This document shows, in pieces, positions 1 through 9,762 of a stretch of DNA of 64,000 nt (positions are counted from its first letter, which is position 1; the number at the start of each line of letters is the position of its first letter). Under the pieces are notes generated by a model. That model ran no database searches. It saw only the letters and a program-made list of their open reading frames with translations, and had not been told where the DNA came from. The stretch comes from an uncultured Marinobacter sp. (GTDB taxonomy: Bacteria > Pseudomonadota > Gammaproteobacteria > Pseudomonadales > Oleiphilaceae). Where the stretch lies: positions 28,981 to 92,980 of the forward strand of contig NZ_CAJXKQ010000008.1 in NCBI RefSeq assembly GCF_913055835.1, written 5' to 3'. The translations under genes and the position numbers were made by a program.

Positions 1-29
1 AATAAAGCCGGCCGAGAGCCGGCTTTATT
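1..29. terminator. Probable bidirectional intrinsic terminator downstream of the amidase
   Basis: Perfect 12-bp inverted repeat AATAAAGCCGGC-cgaga-GCCGGCTTTATT with A/T-rich outer ends, 20 bp past the amidase stop. Confidence 0.8.
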
Positions 30-49
30 CGTTTATACCCTCACCGATT

Positions 50-1537
50 TCAAAAGCCTTCCGGCTGAACAAATCCAGCCAGCCCCGCTTCTTCCAGCAG
101 TCCCGCAAACCCGATCGTCGTCAGATCCATCCCCGGTGCCCCGATCACCTGAACATTGAATGGCAGGCCCTCGGTCGTCCGTCCCATGGGTACGGAAGTG
201 GCGGGCAGTCCCAGCAGGGTGGCGAAGGCGATCCAGCAGAACTGGTCCATGTAGGCTCGTGGCTGGCCGGCGACGGTGATTCGGCGTTTGAAGACCGGGT
301 GGGTGTGGTCATGCCGGATGGCGGTGGTTGGTGTTACCGGCGTTAGTAGAACGTCCACTTCCTGAAACAGGGATTCGATTTCAGCCCGCATTTTCTCGCG
401 CATTTCGTTCCAGGCCATCCATTGGTGAACCGGTTGATTCACGCCCCGTCCGTATTCACCCACAAAAGGCGTCATCGGACCCAGGAACTTGAGCCAGGGT
501 TCCAGCCGGGCGATCCATTTCATCTGCCGGCGCTGGGCGGGTTTCAGGGACGTGCTGAGCAGAGTCCCGAGCAGATTGAAGTAAGCGGGCAGGATATGCT
601 CGAGGCTGAGCAAAGGATGGCTGGCGTCGGTGACCAGTGCGCCCCGTTCAGCCAGTGACTTGCCCAGGGCCTGATAGCCCTTGGTCAGTTCCTGCTCGAC
701 CGGGCACAGGGGGTCTTCCAGCCATAAACCCACCCGGGCCTGGTCGAGGCTTTGCAAGTCTGATGGCGCCATGTGAAGCGCCCAGCTTCGTTCCTCGGCT
801 GGCCGTGGCCCGGCAATGACTTTCAGCAAAAGCTCCAGGTCCCGCGCGCTGCGCGCCATCGGGCCGCCCTCGACCAGGTCGGGTCGGGATTGGGTGCCGG
901 GTGGTCCGGGTATGTGGCCGCGAAATGAGACGAGGGAACGGGTTGGCTTGTGGCCGAACACGCCACAGAAATGGGCCGGTGTGCGAATGGAGCCGGCCAG
1001 ATCACTGCCCACTTCGAGAGGCGTCATGCCGGCGGCCAGGGCAGCCGCTGCACCGCCCGAGGAGCCCCCGGGAGTGTGTGCCGGGTTATGGGGGTTGTTG
1101 GTAACCCCGAACAGCTTGTTGTAGCTCTGAAGGTCCGTGGCGTAGATGGGCACATTGGTTTTGCCCAGGATAATGGCGCCGGCGTTTTCCAGCCTCTGCA
1201 CCACATCAGCGTGGCGTTCCGGCTTATGGGTTCTGAGGGCCGGCGCGCCGGCGGTGCAATTCATACCTGCCACTTCCCAGGTGTCTTTCAGGGTAAGCGG
1301 TAGTCCGTGGAGAGGGCCTTTCACGGCGTTGGCTGCACGTTGTTCATCGGCCTGACGGGCGCTGGCGAGTGCCCGCTGTTCATCCAGGGTCACGACGGCA
1401 TTGATGGCCGGATTATGCTCGCGTATGCGGTTCAGCAGAGCAGTGGTCAGAGCTTCGCTGGTCAGGGTGGGGGCCTCCAGCTGTGCCAGAAGCTCATGGG
1501 CCGATTGATAGTGCAATGGCACTTGTGATGCATCCAT
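50..1537 (-). CDS. Amidase-signature family amidase
   Basis: 495 aa; LKDT (catalytic Lys), GGSSGGAAAA and GSDLAGSIRTPA (Ser-cisSer-Lys triad motifs). Confidence 0.92.
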   Translation of the reverse strand: MDASQVPLHYQSAHELLAQLEAPTLTSEALTTALLNRIREHNPAINAVVTLDEQRALASARQADEQRAANAVKGPLHGLPLTLKDTWEVAGMNCTAGAPALRTHKPERHADVVQRLENAGAIILGKTNVPIYATDLQSYNKLFGVTNNPHNPAHTPGGSSGGAAAALAAGMTPLEVGSDLAGSIRTPAHFCGVFGHKPTRSLVSFRGHIPGPPGTQSRPDLVEGGPMARSARDLELLLKVIAGPRPAEERSWALHMAPSDLQSLDQARVGLWLEDPLCPVEQELTKGYQALGKSLAERGALVTDASHPLLSLEHILPAYFNLLGTLLSTSLKPAQRRQMKWIARLEPWLKFLGPMTPFVGEYGRGVNQPVHQWMAWNEMREKMRAEIESLFQEVDVLLTPVTPTTAIRHDHTHPVFKRRITVAGQPRAYMDQFCWIAFATLLGLPATSVPMGRTTEGLPFNVQVIGAPGMDLTTIGFAGLLEEAGLAGFVQPEGF

Positions 1538-1582
1538 GGATGTTCTCTTTGTTGTTGGTTTCTGGAAAATCCCGCCGGTCTG

Positions 1583-2590
1583 TCAAGGCAACTCGGATCG
1601 CCAGTGTTTTACCTTTACCTGCCCCTTGATCGCGTCGATGATCTCGATAATCAGGTTGATCAGCGCTTCGTTCTGGGCCTCATTGGCTCTTACTTCACCG
1701 GGTGTCGGCAGGAAGACGTTCACGATGTCTTCAATAAAGGCATGGTTGGAGGCTGAGGCGAGGTCTTCGAGAATCTGGTGTATCACATGGGCAACGATAT
1801 CGCCCACGGCCTCTTCAAGGGTTTCCTGTATGGTGGGACCAACCACCGGCAGGTATTTCAGTCGCGACAGTTCCAGATTTTGCTTGAGGGCGTTGTCGAC
1901 CCGGTCCTCCAGATAGCTTCGCAGCGCTCCGCGGTTGGGTACGTAGCCTTCCTGGGCTGCCTCGGCAACCCGCTTGGATATCCAGTCTGAGAGCATGTCC
2001 CTGCGGGGATAGAGAATGTCCTCCTGGATCTTGTCAAACAGCGGTGAGCCCCGTTTGACTTCCTGCTGCACGCCACTCAGCACCTTGAGCACAATGCGGT
2101 CCGAAAGTTCTTCCATAAAGGCTTCGTAATAGAAATTCACGAACCGGTAGATCTTGGTGTTCGTGATATCGATGATCTTGTACTGGTGCAGGCGGTAGAT
2201 GATCGAGATTACCCGCAGAATACGGAGGAAACGCAGGCTTCCAACCGGAATACAGCCCACCAGGTCGTACCAGTGTATGAACGGGTAAAAGTACCAGCGG
2301 TCGTAGACCTTGGCCCTGATGGCGTAACCCCAGCGAATAAAGAACTCGGTCAGGAAGATGCTCACGAAGATCAGATCGTAGAAGATGAAGCGTTCGTGAA
2401 TGGGGTGGTAGGCCGACTGAATGGCGGGGGCGTGTTCTTTCAGAAGATTCTGAACAGCAACAAAGTTATAGATCGAGTCCCAGATAATGAACGCAAGGTT
2501 GATGATCAACAGCCCCAGCATCAGGAAATCAATGATGAACCAGATAAGCTGATGGCTCGATTTCAGGTTTTCTCGATTTATCTTCAGCAT
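1583..2590 (-). CDS. Membrane protein with an S1-S4 voltage-sensor-like domain and soluble C-terminal helical domain (ion-transporter-like, no pore)
   Basis: 335 aa; four N-terminal helices with IFLTEFFIRW (S2), WYDLVGCIP (S3) and LRFLRILRV (S4 RxxRxxR); no later hydrophobic S5-P-S6 segment. Confidence 0.7.
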   Translation of the reverse strand: MLKINRENLKSSHQLIWFIIDFLMLGLLIINLAFIIWDSIYNFVAVQNLLKEHAPAIQSAYHPIHERFIFYDLIFVSIFLTEFFIRWGYAIRAKVYDRWYFYPFIHWYDLVGCIPVGSLRFLRILRVISIIYRLHQYKIIDITNTKIYRFVNFYYEAFMEELSDRIVLKVLSGVQQEVKRGSPLFDKIQEDILYPRRDMLSDWISKRVAEAAQEGYVPNRGALRSYLEDRVDNALKQNLELSRLKYLPVVGPTIQETLEEAVGDIVAHVIHQILEDLASASNHAFIEDIVNVFLPTPGEVRANEAQNEALINLIIEIIDAIKGQVKVKHWRSELP

Positions 2591-2776
2591 TCCCCAGGGC
2601 CCGGTCTGTGGCTAAGTATCTGACAGGTTAGCTTATTTTGACGGCACAGACGACTCGCCGTGATGCCGCTCTAGACATGCCGCAGGGCCAACCATGGATT
2701 AACTTGACCGTCTGCCATTAAACTCCCACGCTTGAACGTGAATCCTTCTTGTTACCACCAACACTGAAATAGCCGG

Positions 2777-4531
2777 ATGCTATCAATCTACCAAGTTGTG
2801 AATTCGGGCCGGGTCCGGCTTCTGATCCTCCTGCTCTGCTGGCTGCCGTCGTGGGTCTTTGCGCAACAGGTGGTTGTTAATATCGAAGGAGACTATCCAA
2901 AGCTGAAATCGAACGCTGAGGCCTTCATTGGTGAGGTTGAAGGTCGAAGTGCCGGCAACCTGAGGCGATATGCCCCCACCGCTGTAAATCAGGCCCGGGA
3001 AGCCTTGCGTGCCTTGGGGTATTATGGCCCCCTGGTTGACTGGCGGTTAGAAGAGGGCGACTCGGACACAACGGCGACCCTCACCCTGTCCATTACCCCG
3101 GGTGAGCCGGTAAGAGTTACCTCCCGTATCGTGGGGATACGGGGCGAAGCTGCGTCTGATTCAAGGTTTACCTCTGATCTGCCGCCACATCCGGCAGAGG
3201 GCGATATTCTCAATCACGGCGACTACTCCAACCTGAGAGACACCATCCAGAACCGTGCCCGGCGCAGGGGGTATTTCGACGGCCGGTTTGTCACCCGCTC
3301 CCTGGAGGTGGATCCGACCGAGCGCAGCGCCGAAATTACGCTCATTTATGAGAGCGGCCAGCGATACCGGTTGGGAGAGGTTACCTTTGAAGAAGGGCAC
3401 TGGTTTGAGATTGAGCTTCTGAGGGATTTCGTCACCTTTGAACCGGGAACCCCCTATCACGCCGACGAAATAGCGCGGCTGAACAAGGATCTTCTGAACA
3501 GCGGCTACTTCAGCAACGTTGACGTCAATATCTCACCACAGGATGCCGAAAACGGGGTCATTCCTGTTAGCGTTGCCCTTTCCCGGCGCGAAGCGCGCTC
3601 GGTAGCCGCCGGTGTCGGTTTCTCGACCGACGTTGGTCCCCGGTTCCGGGGCACCTGGCGGGAGCATTGGATTAATCCCATGGGGCACAAGCGGGGAGCC
3701 GAAACGGAGCTATCGGTGCCTCGTCAGAACCTGAGCACCTGGTACGAGTTGCCCCTGGATCCTCCCATGACGGATCTGATCCGTCTTACCGCCGGATATC
3801 AGCGGGAGGATATCGAGAATGTTGAATCGGAACTTCTTACCCTTGGGCAGCAATGGCAGCATCAGCTTGATAACGGGTGGCTCCAGGTTCTGTCATTACG
3901 CTGGGAAGGCGAACGGTTCAATATCGGCAATGATGAGAAAGGTACGAGCACACTGTTGCTCCCGGGAGCTGGTTACTCGAAGATTCACGCGGATTCACCT
4001 CTGGACCCGTCCCGCGGCTACCGTTTGCAGCTGGATGTTACCGGCTCTCATCGGGCTGTGCTCTCGGATGTCGACATCCTGCACGTTAACGCCCTGGCCA
4101 AGGGGCTGTTTACCATTGCCGGCAAGCATCGCTTTGTCGGACGCTTTCAGGCGGGAGCCGTTGCCACAAACCAGTTCTCGGATGTGCCGCCGTCCCTGCG
4201 CTTTTTTGCTGGTGGCGATCAAAGCGTCCGGGGCTATGGTTATGAAACCCTTTCGCCTGAAAATGACAATGGTGTGCCAGTGGGCGGCCGCTTTTTGATG
4301 GTGGGTAGCGGAGAGTATCAGTACCAGTTTGCCGACCAATGGCGGGCAGCGGTGTTTGTCGATCACGGTAATGCCATTAATGATCTGAATGATCCCCTGG
4401 CAACGGGCGCGGGCATCGGCATTCGCTGGATCAGCCCGGTTGGTCCGCTGCGGCTGGACATCGCCAAAGGACTGGACCGGGAATTTGGCGGGGACTGGCG
4501 ACTTCACTTTTCCATGGGGCCTGAGCTGTGA
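2777..4531 (+). CDS. tamA: Translocation and assembly module outer-membrane subunit TamA (Omp85 family)
   Basis: Signal peptide, POTRA-like region, RFFAGGDQSVRGY motif, C-terminal ...LHFSMGPEL; 4-bp overlap with a tamB-like gene. Confidence 0.93.
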   Translation: MLSIYQVVNSGRVRLLILLLCWLPSWVFAQQVVVNIEGDYPKLKSNAEAFIGEVEGRSAGNLRRYAPTAVNQAREALRALGYYGPLVDWRLEEGDSDTTATLTLSITPGEPVRVTSRIVGIRGEAASDSRFTSDLPPHPAEGDILNHGDYSNLRDTIQNRARRRGYFDGRFVTRSLEVDPTERSAEITLIYESGQRYRLGEVTFEEGHWFEIELLRDFVTFEPGTPYHADEIARLNKDLLNSGYFSNVDVNISPQDAENGVIPVSVALSRREARSVAAGVGFSTDVGPRFRGTWREHWINPMGHKRGAETELSVPRQNLSTWYELPLDPPMTDLIRLTAGYQREDIENVESELLTLGQQWQHQLDNGWLQVLSLRWEGERFNIGNDEKGTSTLLLPGAGYSKIHADSPLDPSRGYRLQLDVTGSHRAVLSDVDILHVNALAKGLFTIAGKHRFVGRFQAGAVATNQFSDVPPSLRFFAGGDQSVRGYGYETLSPENDNGVPVGGRFLMVGSGEYQYQFADQWRAAVFVDHGNAINDLNDPLATGAGIGIRWISPVGPLRLDIAKGLDREFGGDWRLHFSMGPEL

Positions 4532-7500
4532 CGCAGACACCGGAAACGTCCGACGACAAGCATCAGCAGCAACCGGCTCGCCGGCACCGCCTGCGCTTCT
4601 GGCTGCTTGTGTGTCTGGGGCTTCTGTTCCTGGTGCCCGTTTTGTTGCTGGCGGCTGTCTTGCTTGCTCTGCGTTCCGAGACCGGAACTGCCTGGGTCAT
4701 AGAACAGGTGCCGGGGCTACAGGTCGAAAATGACCGCGGTTCACTATTTGGCCAGTGGCAGGCTGACCACCTGCAATGGCGTGGCTACGGGGTTGAAGTC
4801 ATCGTTGAATCCCCGCTCGTGGACTGGTCGCCTTCCTGCCTGTTGAAAAAGCAGCTTTGTGTCGAAAGCCTGAGGGCAGAGACCCTCGAAGTCACACAGT
4901 TGCCTCCTGCCGACAAGTCCGGAAGCGGGGGCGCAATCACGCTGCCGGGCGTGGACCTGCCCCTTGGGCTGAATATCAGCGGCGTCCGGATGGGGCCTTT
5001 CACCTTGAATGGTAACAGGGTCTGGGACCGGCTTGAGCTGGATGCCGGTGGGTCGGGTGCTGACTGGAGGATCGACCGCGCCTGGTATCAGTTGGGCGAT
5101 TACACCGTGTCCGCCGCCGGGCGGATCGAGACCCGACGGGATTGGCCCGTCAATCTGGAGGTCACCGCGGATATTCCGCCACCCTATGGTGACCAGTGGA
5201 TGCTGGACGCCATACTCTCTGGCAGCGTGCGAGACCTGATGGTGGAGGTCACGAGTCGCGGTTATCTGAATGCCGAACTCTCCGGGGAAGTCGAACCGCT
5301 GGATCCAAGCCTGCCGGCAAAACTTCGGATTACCTCTGAACAGTTCCGGGCAGTTGAGACCCTGCCGGAGACGCTGGTGCTCAACGACTGGTTCCTGGAA
5401 GCCCGTGGCAGCCTTCAGAGAGGTTTCCAGACCCGGGGTCAGGCCAGGTTGCCCGGCACAACGGGGCCGGTGCAGCTGACACTGGAGGGGCGCGTTACCA
5501 CACAGGCAGCCGAGAATATCCGTATTGAGCTGGCCACCGATGGGGAGAATGGCAGTGAGCGGGATACTGTGGTGGCCAACGGGCGTGTGGCCTGGAGTGA
5601 GGGCCTGGAGGCCAGCACCGATGTGCGCTTGCGTGGGTTTCCCTGGTACACCCTGGTTCCGGGCCTTGAAGAGCCTGCGGTTGTGCTTCGGTCGCTGGAT
5701 GGCACCGCCTCCTGGCGGGAGGGAAGCTACCACGCAGAGCTTGAAGCCGGGGTCGATGGCCCTCAGGGGAGTGCTGAACTGTCGACAACTGTCGATGGTG
5801 ACACCGAGCAAACCAAACTGACCGATCTGAGGATCAGTACCGGCGCCGGATCGCTTACCGGGAAGGGCTCGGTGAACTTTTCCGGGCCGCTATCCTGGCA
5901 GGCGGCGCTGGCCCTCCAGGATTTCAACCCGGGTTACTGGGTGCCGGTCCTTGAAGCCAGCCTGAGTGGCGATGTCACTACCGAAGGGCAGCTCGGAGAC
6001 GGCCCTATACCTGCCATGAGCGCCAACTGGGACCTCAAGGGTGACTGGCGCTCCAATCCCGCGTCTCTTGAAGGAAGCCTTGATACTTCATCCGGTAGCT
6101 GGGAGTTGTCCGGGCTGAATCTGGTGATTGGTAACAATCGGGTGGAAGGAAGTGGCACCTGGGGCAATCTGTTGCGCGGTGACCTGGCCCTGTACTTGCC
6201 CGAGCCCGAGATCGTTCTGCCCGGCCTGACCGGTAATCTTGAAGCGACCTTGATGGCTGAGGGAACGCCAGAGCGCCCGGCGGGAGAGCTGAAAGCGAGC
6301 GGCCAAAACCTTGCCTGGCAGGATCAGCTATCCATTGAGACCCTGAGCCTGGATGCCGAACTGGAAGACGGGCTGAGTCTTGCAAGCCGGCTACGGGCCG
6401 AGAATCTCCGGGGATTCGGCCAGGACCTTGAAACGCTCACGCTCCAGGCGAACGGAACCCCGGGGCAACACACATTGAGTGTGAGGGCTGAGCATTCCGA
6501 AGCAGATCTGGAGTTGGCGTTTGAGGGTGGGGCTGGTTCTGAATGGAAAACCTGGCAGGGTCAGCTCTCGAGCGGTCTGATCAATCTTCCGGAGCAGTCC
6601 CAGCGATGGCAGCTGGAATCGCCGGCGACCCTGGACTATGGCGCCAATGGAAAGCTGGCCTTCGGTAACCATTGCTGGCGCTGGCAACAGAGCACCGTCT
6701 GCGCCGATGATCAGACACTGCTACCTGTTCCCGATATCGCCTATCGCATCGACCGGTTCCCAACGGTGGCCCTGGCACCCTTGTTGCCGGAAACCGTGCG
6801 CTGGAACGCGCGGTTAAATGGCGAGATTGATTTTACGACGACAGCGGAAGGCCCGGATGGTCGGGTTTATCTTGATGCCGGTGACGGCGAGTTCCAGCTG
6901 TTGGTCGATGGTGAGTGGGAATCACTGGACTATGATGCGTTTACCACCGAGGTTGCGTTCAAGCCTCAACAAGCCGATGTCGCCGTTCGTCTGTCCGGTC
7001 CCGAGTTGGGCAGATTTACCCTGGATATGGGGCTGGACCCGAACTCCGAAAACCGCAATGTTGAGGGATCCTTCAATCTGGAAGGGCTGGATATTGCCCT
7101 TGCCGGGCTGCTGTCAGGGCTTGATGAGGTGGCGGGGCAGGTAAACGGCCAGGGTCAGCTTTCAGGCCCGCTGATGAAACCAGCTGTAACCGGCGAATTG
7201 CACCTGGTGGATGGACGGGTTTCAGATCCCCGGTTGCCGGTGCCCATTGAGGAGATGATTGCCAGTATCGAATTCTCGGGATATTCGGCACAAATTAGCG
7301 GCAGAATCCAGAGCAATGCCCGAAGTAAGACCATCCTGGATGGTGAGGTCGACTGGCAACAGGCGCCGCGGGGGGAAATCCGCATCTCCGGGGAGCGGAT
7401 ACCGTTCAATGTTGAGCCTTATGCCCAGCTTGAGGTAGAGCCGGATCTGACTCTTGTGTTCCGGGAGGGAACCCTGGAAATCGTTGGACAGGTTGCCGTT

Positions 7501-8289
7501 CCGAGAGGGGATATAGAAATAAAGGGGCTACCTGAACAGGCTGTGTCGGTTTCCGAGGATGAAGTCATCGTCGGTGTCGAGAGGGAGGAGCCCGTAGTCC
7601 GTTCACTCAACATGGATGTAAAGGTCGTAGTAGGGGAAGATCAGGTGACGTTTGCCGCCTTCGGCGTGACGGGCGATCTGGAGGGCTCCCTCAGGATCAG
7701 CAACGATATGGACACCCGGGGCACGCTTCAACTGGTCAATGGCCAGTATGAGGCCTATGGTCAGGAGCTCGAACTCAGGCGTGCCAGGCTGCTGTTCGTC
7801 GGTAACCTGGCTCAACCCTATCTCGATATCGAGGCCGTGCGGCGGGTGGATACCGTGGTTGCCGGTATACGTCTGACGGGGCCGGTGCAATCACCGGAGA
7901 CGGAGGTGTTCTCCAACCCGGATATGCCGCAGACAGATGCATTGTCCTACGTGATCCTGGGCAGGCCCCCCCAAAGCCAGGGTGACGAAGGTCAGATGAG
8001 CCGGGCGGCGCTTTCGTTGGGGCTGACCCAGGCCAGCAAGGTGACCGGGCAGATTGGCGAGGAGTTCGGTATTCGCCAGCTGACTCTTGAGGCAGAGGGC
8101 TCCGGCGATCAGACGTCGGTGGTGGCCAGCGGTTACCTCACGGATGAGTTGAGCGTTCGATACGGTGTCGGCATCTTTGAGCCGATCACCACCGTTGCCT
8201 TACGCTATGATCTGGGCCGGTACTTCTACCTGGAGGCTGCCAGTGGGCTGGCGGCCTCCCTGGATATCTTCTATACGCGGGATTTCTGA
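4528..8289 (+). CDS. tamB: Translocation and assembly module TamB (DUF490)
   Basis: 1253 aa; N-terminal TM anchor, long beta-rich body, C-terminal YGVGIFEP...LRYDL...SLDIFYTRDF. Confidence 0.93.
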   Translation: MTQTPETSDDKHQQQPARRHRLRFWLLVCLGLLFLVPVLLLAAVLLALRSETGTAWVIEQVPGLQVENDRGSLFGQWQADHLQWRGYGVEVIVESPLVDWSPSCLLKKQLCVESLRAETLEVTQLPPADKSGSGGAITLPGVDLPLGLNISGVRMGPFTLNGNRVWDRLELDAGGSGADWRIDRAWYQLGDYTVSAAGRIETRRDWPVNLEVTADIPPPYGDQWMLDAILSGSVRDLMVEVTSRGYLNAELSGEVEPLDPSLPAKLRITSEQFRAVETLPETLVLNDWFLEARGSLQRGFQTRGQARLPGTTGPVQLTLEGRVTTQAAENIRIELATDGENGSERDTVVANGRVAWSEGLEASTDVRLRGFPWYTLVPGLEEPAVVLRSLDGTASWREGSYHAELEAGVDGPQGSAELSTTVDGDTEQTKLTDLRISTGAGSLTGKGSVNFSGPLSWQAALALQDFNPGYWVPVLEASLSGDVTTEGQLGDGPIPAMSANWDLKGDWRSNPASLEGSLDTSSGSWELSGLNLVIGNNRVEGSGTWGNLLRGDLALYLPEPEIVLPGLTGNLEATLMAEGTPERPAGELKASGQNLAWQDQLSIETLSLDAELEDGLSLASRLRAENLRGFGQDLETLTLQANGTPGQHTLSVRAEHSEADLELAFEGGAGSEWKTWQGQLSSGLINLPEQSQRWQLESPATLDYGANGKLAFGNHCWRWQQSTVCADDQTLLPVPDIAYRIDRFPTVALAPLLPETVRWNARLNGEIDFTTTAEGPDGRVYLDAGDGEFQLLVDGEWESLDYDAFTTEVAFKPQQADVAVRLSGPELGRFTLDMGLDPNSENRNVEGSFNLEGLDIALAGLLSGLDEVAGQVNGQGQLSGPLMKPAVTGELHLVDGRVSDPRLPVPIEEMIASIEFSGYSAQISGRIQSNARSKTILDGEVDWQQAPRGEIRISGERIPFNVEPYAQLEVEPDLTLVFREGTLEIVGQVAVPRGDIEIKGLPEQAVSVSEDEVIVGVEREEPVVRSLNMDVKVVVGEDQVTFAAFGVTGDLEGSLRISNDMDTRGTLQLVNGQYEAYGQELELRRARLLFVGNLAQPYLDIEAVRRVDTVVAGIRLTGPVQSPETEVFSNPDMPQTDALSYVILGRPPQSQGDEGQMSRAALSLGLTQASKVTGQIGEEFGIRQLTLEAEGSGDQTSVVASGYLTDELSVRYGVGIFEPITTVALRYDLGRYFYLEAASGLAASLDIFYTRDF

Positions 8290-8291
8290 GG

Positions 8292-8996
8292 TTACTCCAG
8301 TTCGAAGGTCGCACTCACCGAAGCACGGATCTCCCGCTCGCCCACGCTTGAAACGGTATCTGACATTGATTTGGCTTCCGACATCATCATCGGCACCGGT
8401 CGATGCCCACCATTAATGTTGATGGTGACCACATCGCCGCAGGTCTGGTCGAGCCGGCTCGCCACGAACCTGCACCTCGCCTGCGCGTCGGCAATGGCTC
8501 TGGCCAGTGCTTCCTGCTCCATGCCGGTTTCATCCGAATGGAAGAACTGATGGGGCCCAAGCTGGTAATCCAGACCCACGGCCTGAGCTTCACGTAGTAG
8601 CGGGTTCAACAGGCTCAGGTCACTGATGCTGAAGCTTATGGTCTGCGAGGCGACAGCCTGTTTTTCGGGGTCCTCACCGCGCTCCGGCGCTGGAATCATG
8701 CGGGTGTAAAGGTTCACCGTCGCATCGGAATAGTCGTTGAGTCGATCCCGATAATCGGTGATGCGATCACGCCACTGCGACATCAGTTCAGCCACCCGTT
8801 CGGTAGCCTTTTGGGGGAGGGCGTGCTCGGCACTGGCGGTAAACTGTAGCCGGGCGCTGTCTGGCTCATAACGAACACTGCCTTCGCCGGTAAGCGTCAC
8901 CTCTCCCGCCAGGGCCACAGCCGGCAATGCGAGTGCCAGGGAAAGAAGATAACGGGATTGTCGAAGTATCCGGTGTTCGGGGTTCCGTCCGTTCAC
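8292..8996 (-). CDS. SIMPL/DUF541 family periplasmic protein
   Basis: Start moved to GTG at 8996, preceded by AAGGAGG; signal peptide ..AVALA-GEV; VTLTGEGSVRYEPDSA and EREIRASVSATFELE match the SIMPL pattern. Confidence 0.8.
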   Translation of the reverse strand: MNGRNPEHRILRQSRYLLSLALALPAVALAGEVTLTGEGSVRYEPDSARLQFTASAEHALPQKATERVAELMSQWRDRITDYRDRLNDYSDATVNLYTRMIPAPERGEDPEKQAVASQTISFSISDLSLLNPLLREAQAVGLDYQLGPHQFFHSDETGMEQEALARAIADAQARCRFVASRLDQTCGDVVTININGGHRPVPMMMSEAKSMSDTVSSVGEREIRASVSATFELE

Positions 8997-9027
8997 GGGA
9001 TTTCCTCCTTTGGAAATCGTTGATGGG

Positions 9028-9762
9028 TCAGGCTTCGCCGGAATCGGGTTCCAGGCGCGCCAGTTTGAATCGGCGGGCGGCATCCACGAACTGGCCAAAG
9101 ATGCGCCGATGCCCACCGTGATAGAGCAGGTATTCCGGGTGCCACTGAATGCCCGTTAACCACTGACCTCGCGTGCTCTCAATGGCCTGTACGAAAAGAT
9201 CATTGTCCACGGCGGTTACGCGCAGATTGCGGCCCAGGCGCTTGATCGCCTGGCTGTGGATCCGGTTGGCGCCGATTACCGGCGAGCGCATGGCCGCTTC
9301 AAGCCGGCTGGGCGTTACCAGGCGCACGGTTTGCAGAGGGAGCAGCAAGGGGCGGTGCCGGGTGTTTACCCTCAGCGGGGTCACGTTCTGGCACAGGGAC
9401 CCGCCGTGAAATACGTTGATGAACTGTGCGCCCCGGCAAATTCCGAGCACCGGGATACCAATGGCCTCAGCCTGCTCAAGCAGTGACTGATCGGTTGCAT
9501 CCCGTTTGCGATCATAGTTGGCGGTAACCTGGGGTTCCTGGCCATATCGCTCCGGATGGACATGGGTGCCGCCAGAGAGCACCAGGCCATCCAGCATGGC
9601 CACGGCGACCCGTGACCCGGGGCGAATGTAGTGGGTGCGGGCGCCGTGAAGACGCAGGCCCAGGCTGATCAGACGATGGGCCAGGCTTTTTCGGGCGGGA
9701 CCGCTGATGCCGATGGTCAGGCCGGGAACCTCGAGCTCCTGTTCGGGATCTTGTTCAGACAT
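9028..9762 (-). CDS. Class I glutamine amidotransferase-like / peptidase C26 (PuuD-like) protein
   Basis: DGLVLSGG, PVLGICRGAQ (catalytic Cys), GIQWHPE (His-Glu of the triad). Confidence 0.88.
   Translation of the reverse strand: MSEQDPEQELEVPGLTIGISGPARKSLAHRLISLGLRLHGARTHYIRPGSRVAVAMLDGLVLSGGTHVHPERYGQEPQVTANYDRKRDATDQSLLEQAEAIGIPVLGICRGAQFINVFHGGSLCQNVTPLRVNTRHRPLLLPLQTVRLVTPSRLEAAMRSPVIGANRIHSQAIKRLGRNLRVTAVDNDLFVQAIESTRGQWLTGIQWHPEYLLYHGGHRRIFGQFVDAARRFKLARLEPDSGEA

Noticed and set aside
1583-2590. Calling the voltage-sensor-like protein an Hv1 proton channel or a K+ channel
   Set aside because: No RxWRxxR or S1 Asp signature and no pore or selectivity filter; only the sensor-like fold is supportable
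8997-9116. ORF-track start of the SIMPL gene at 9116
   Set aside because: It overlaps the C26 gene; the GTG at 8996 has a strong AAGGAGG and yields a proper signal peptide
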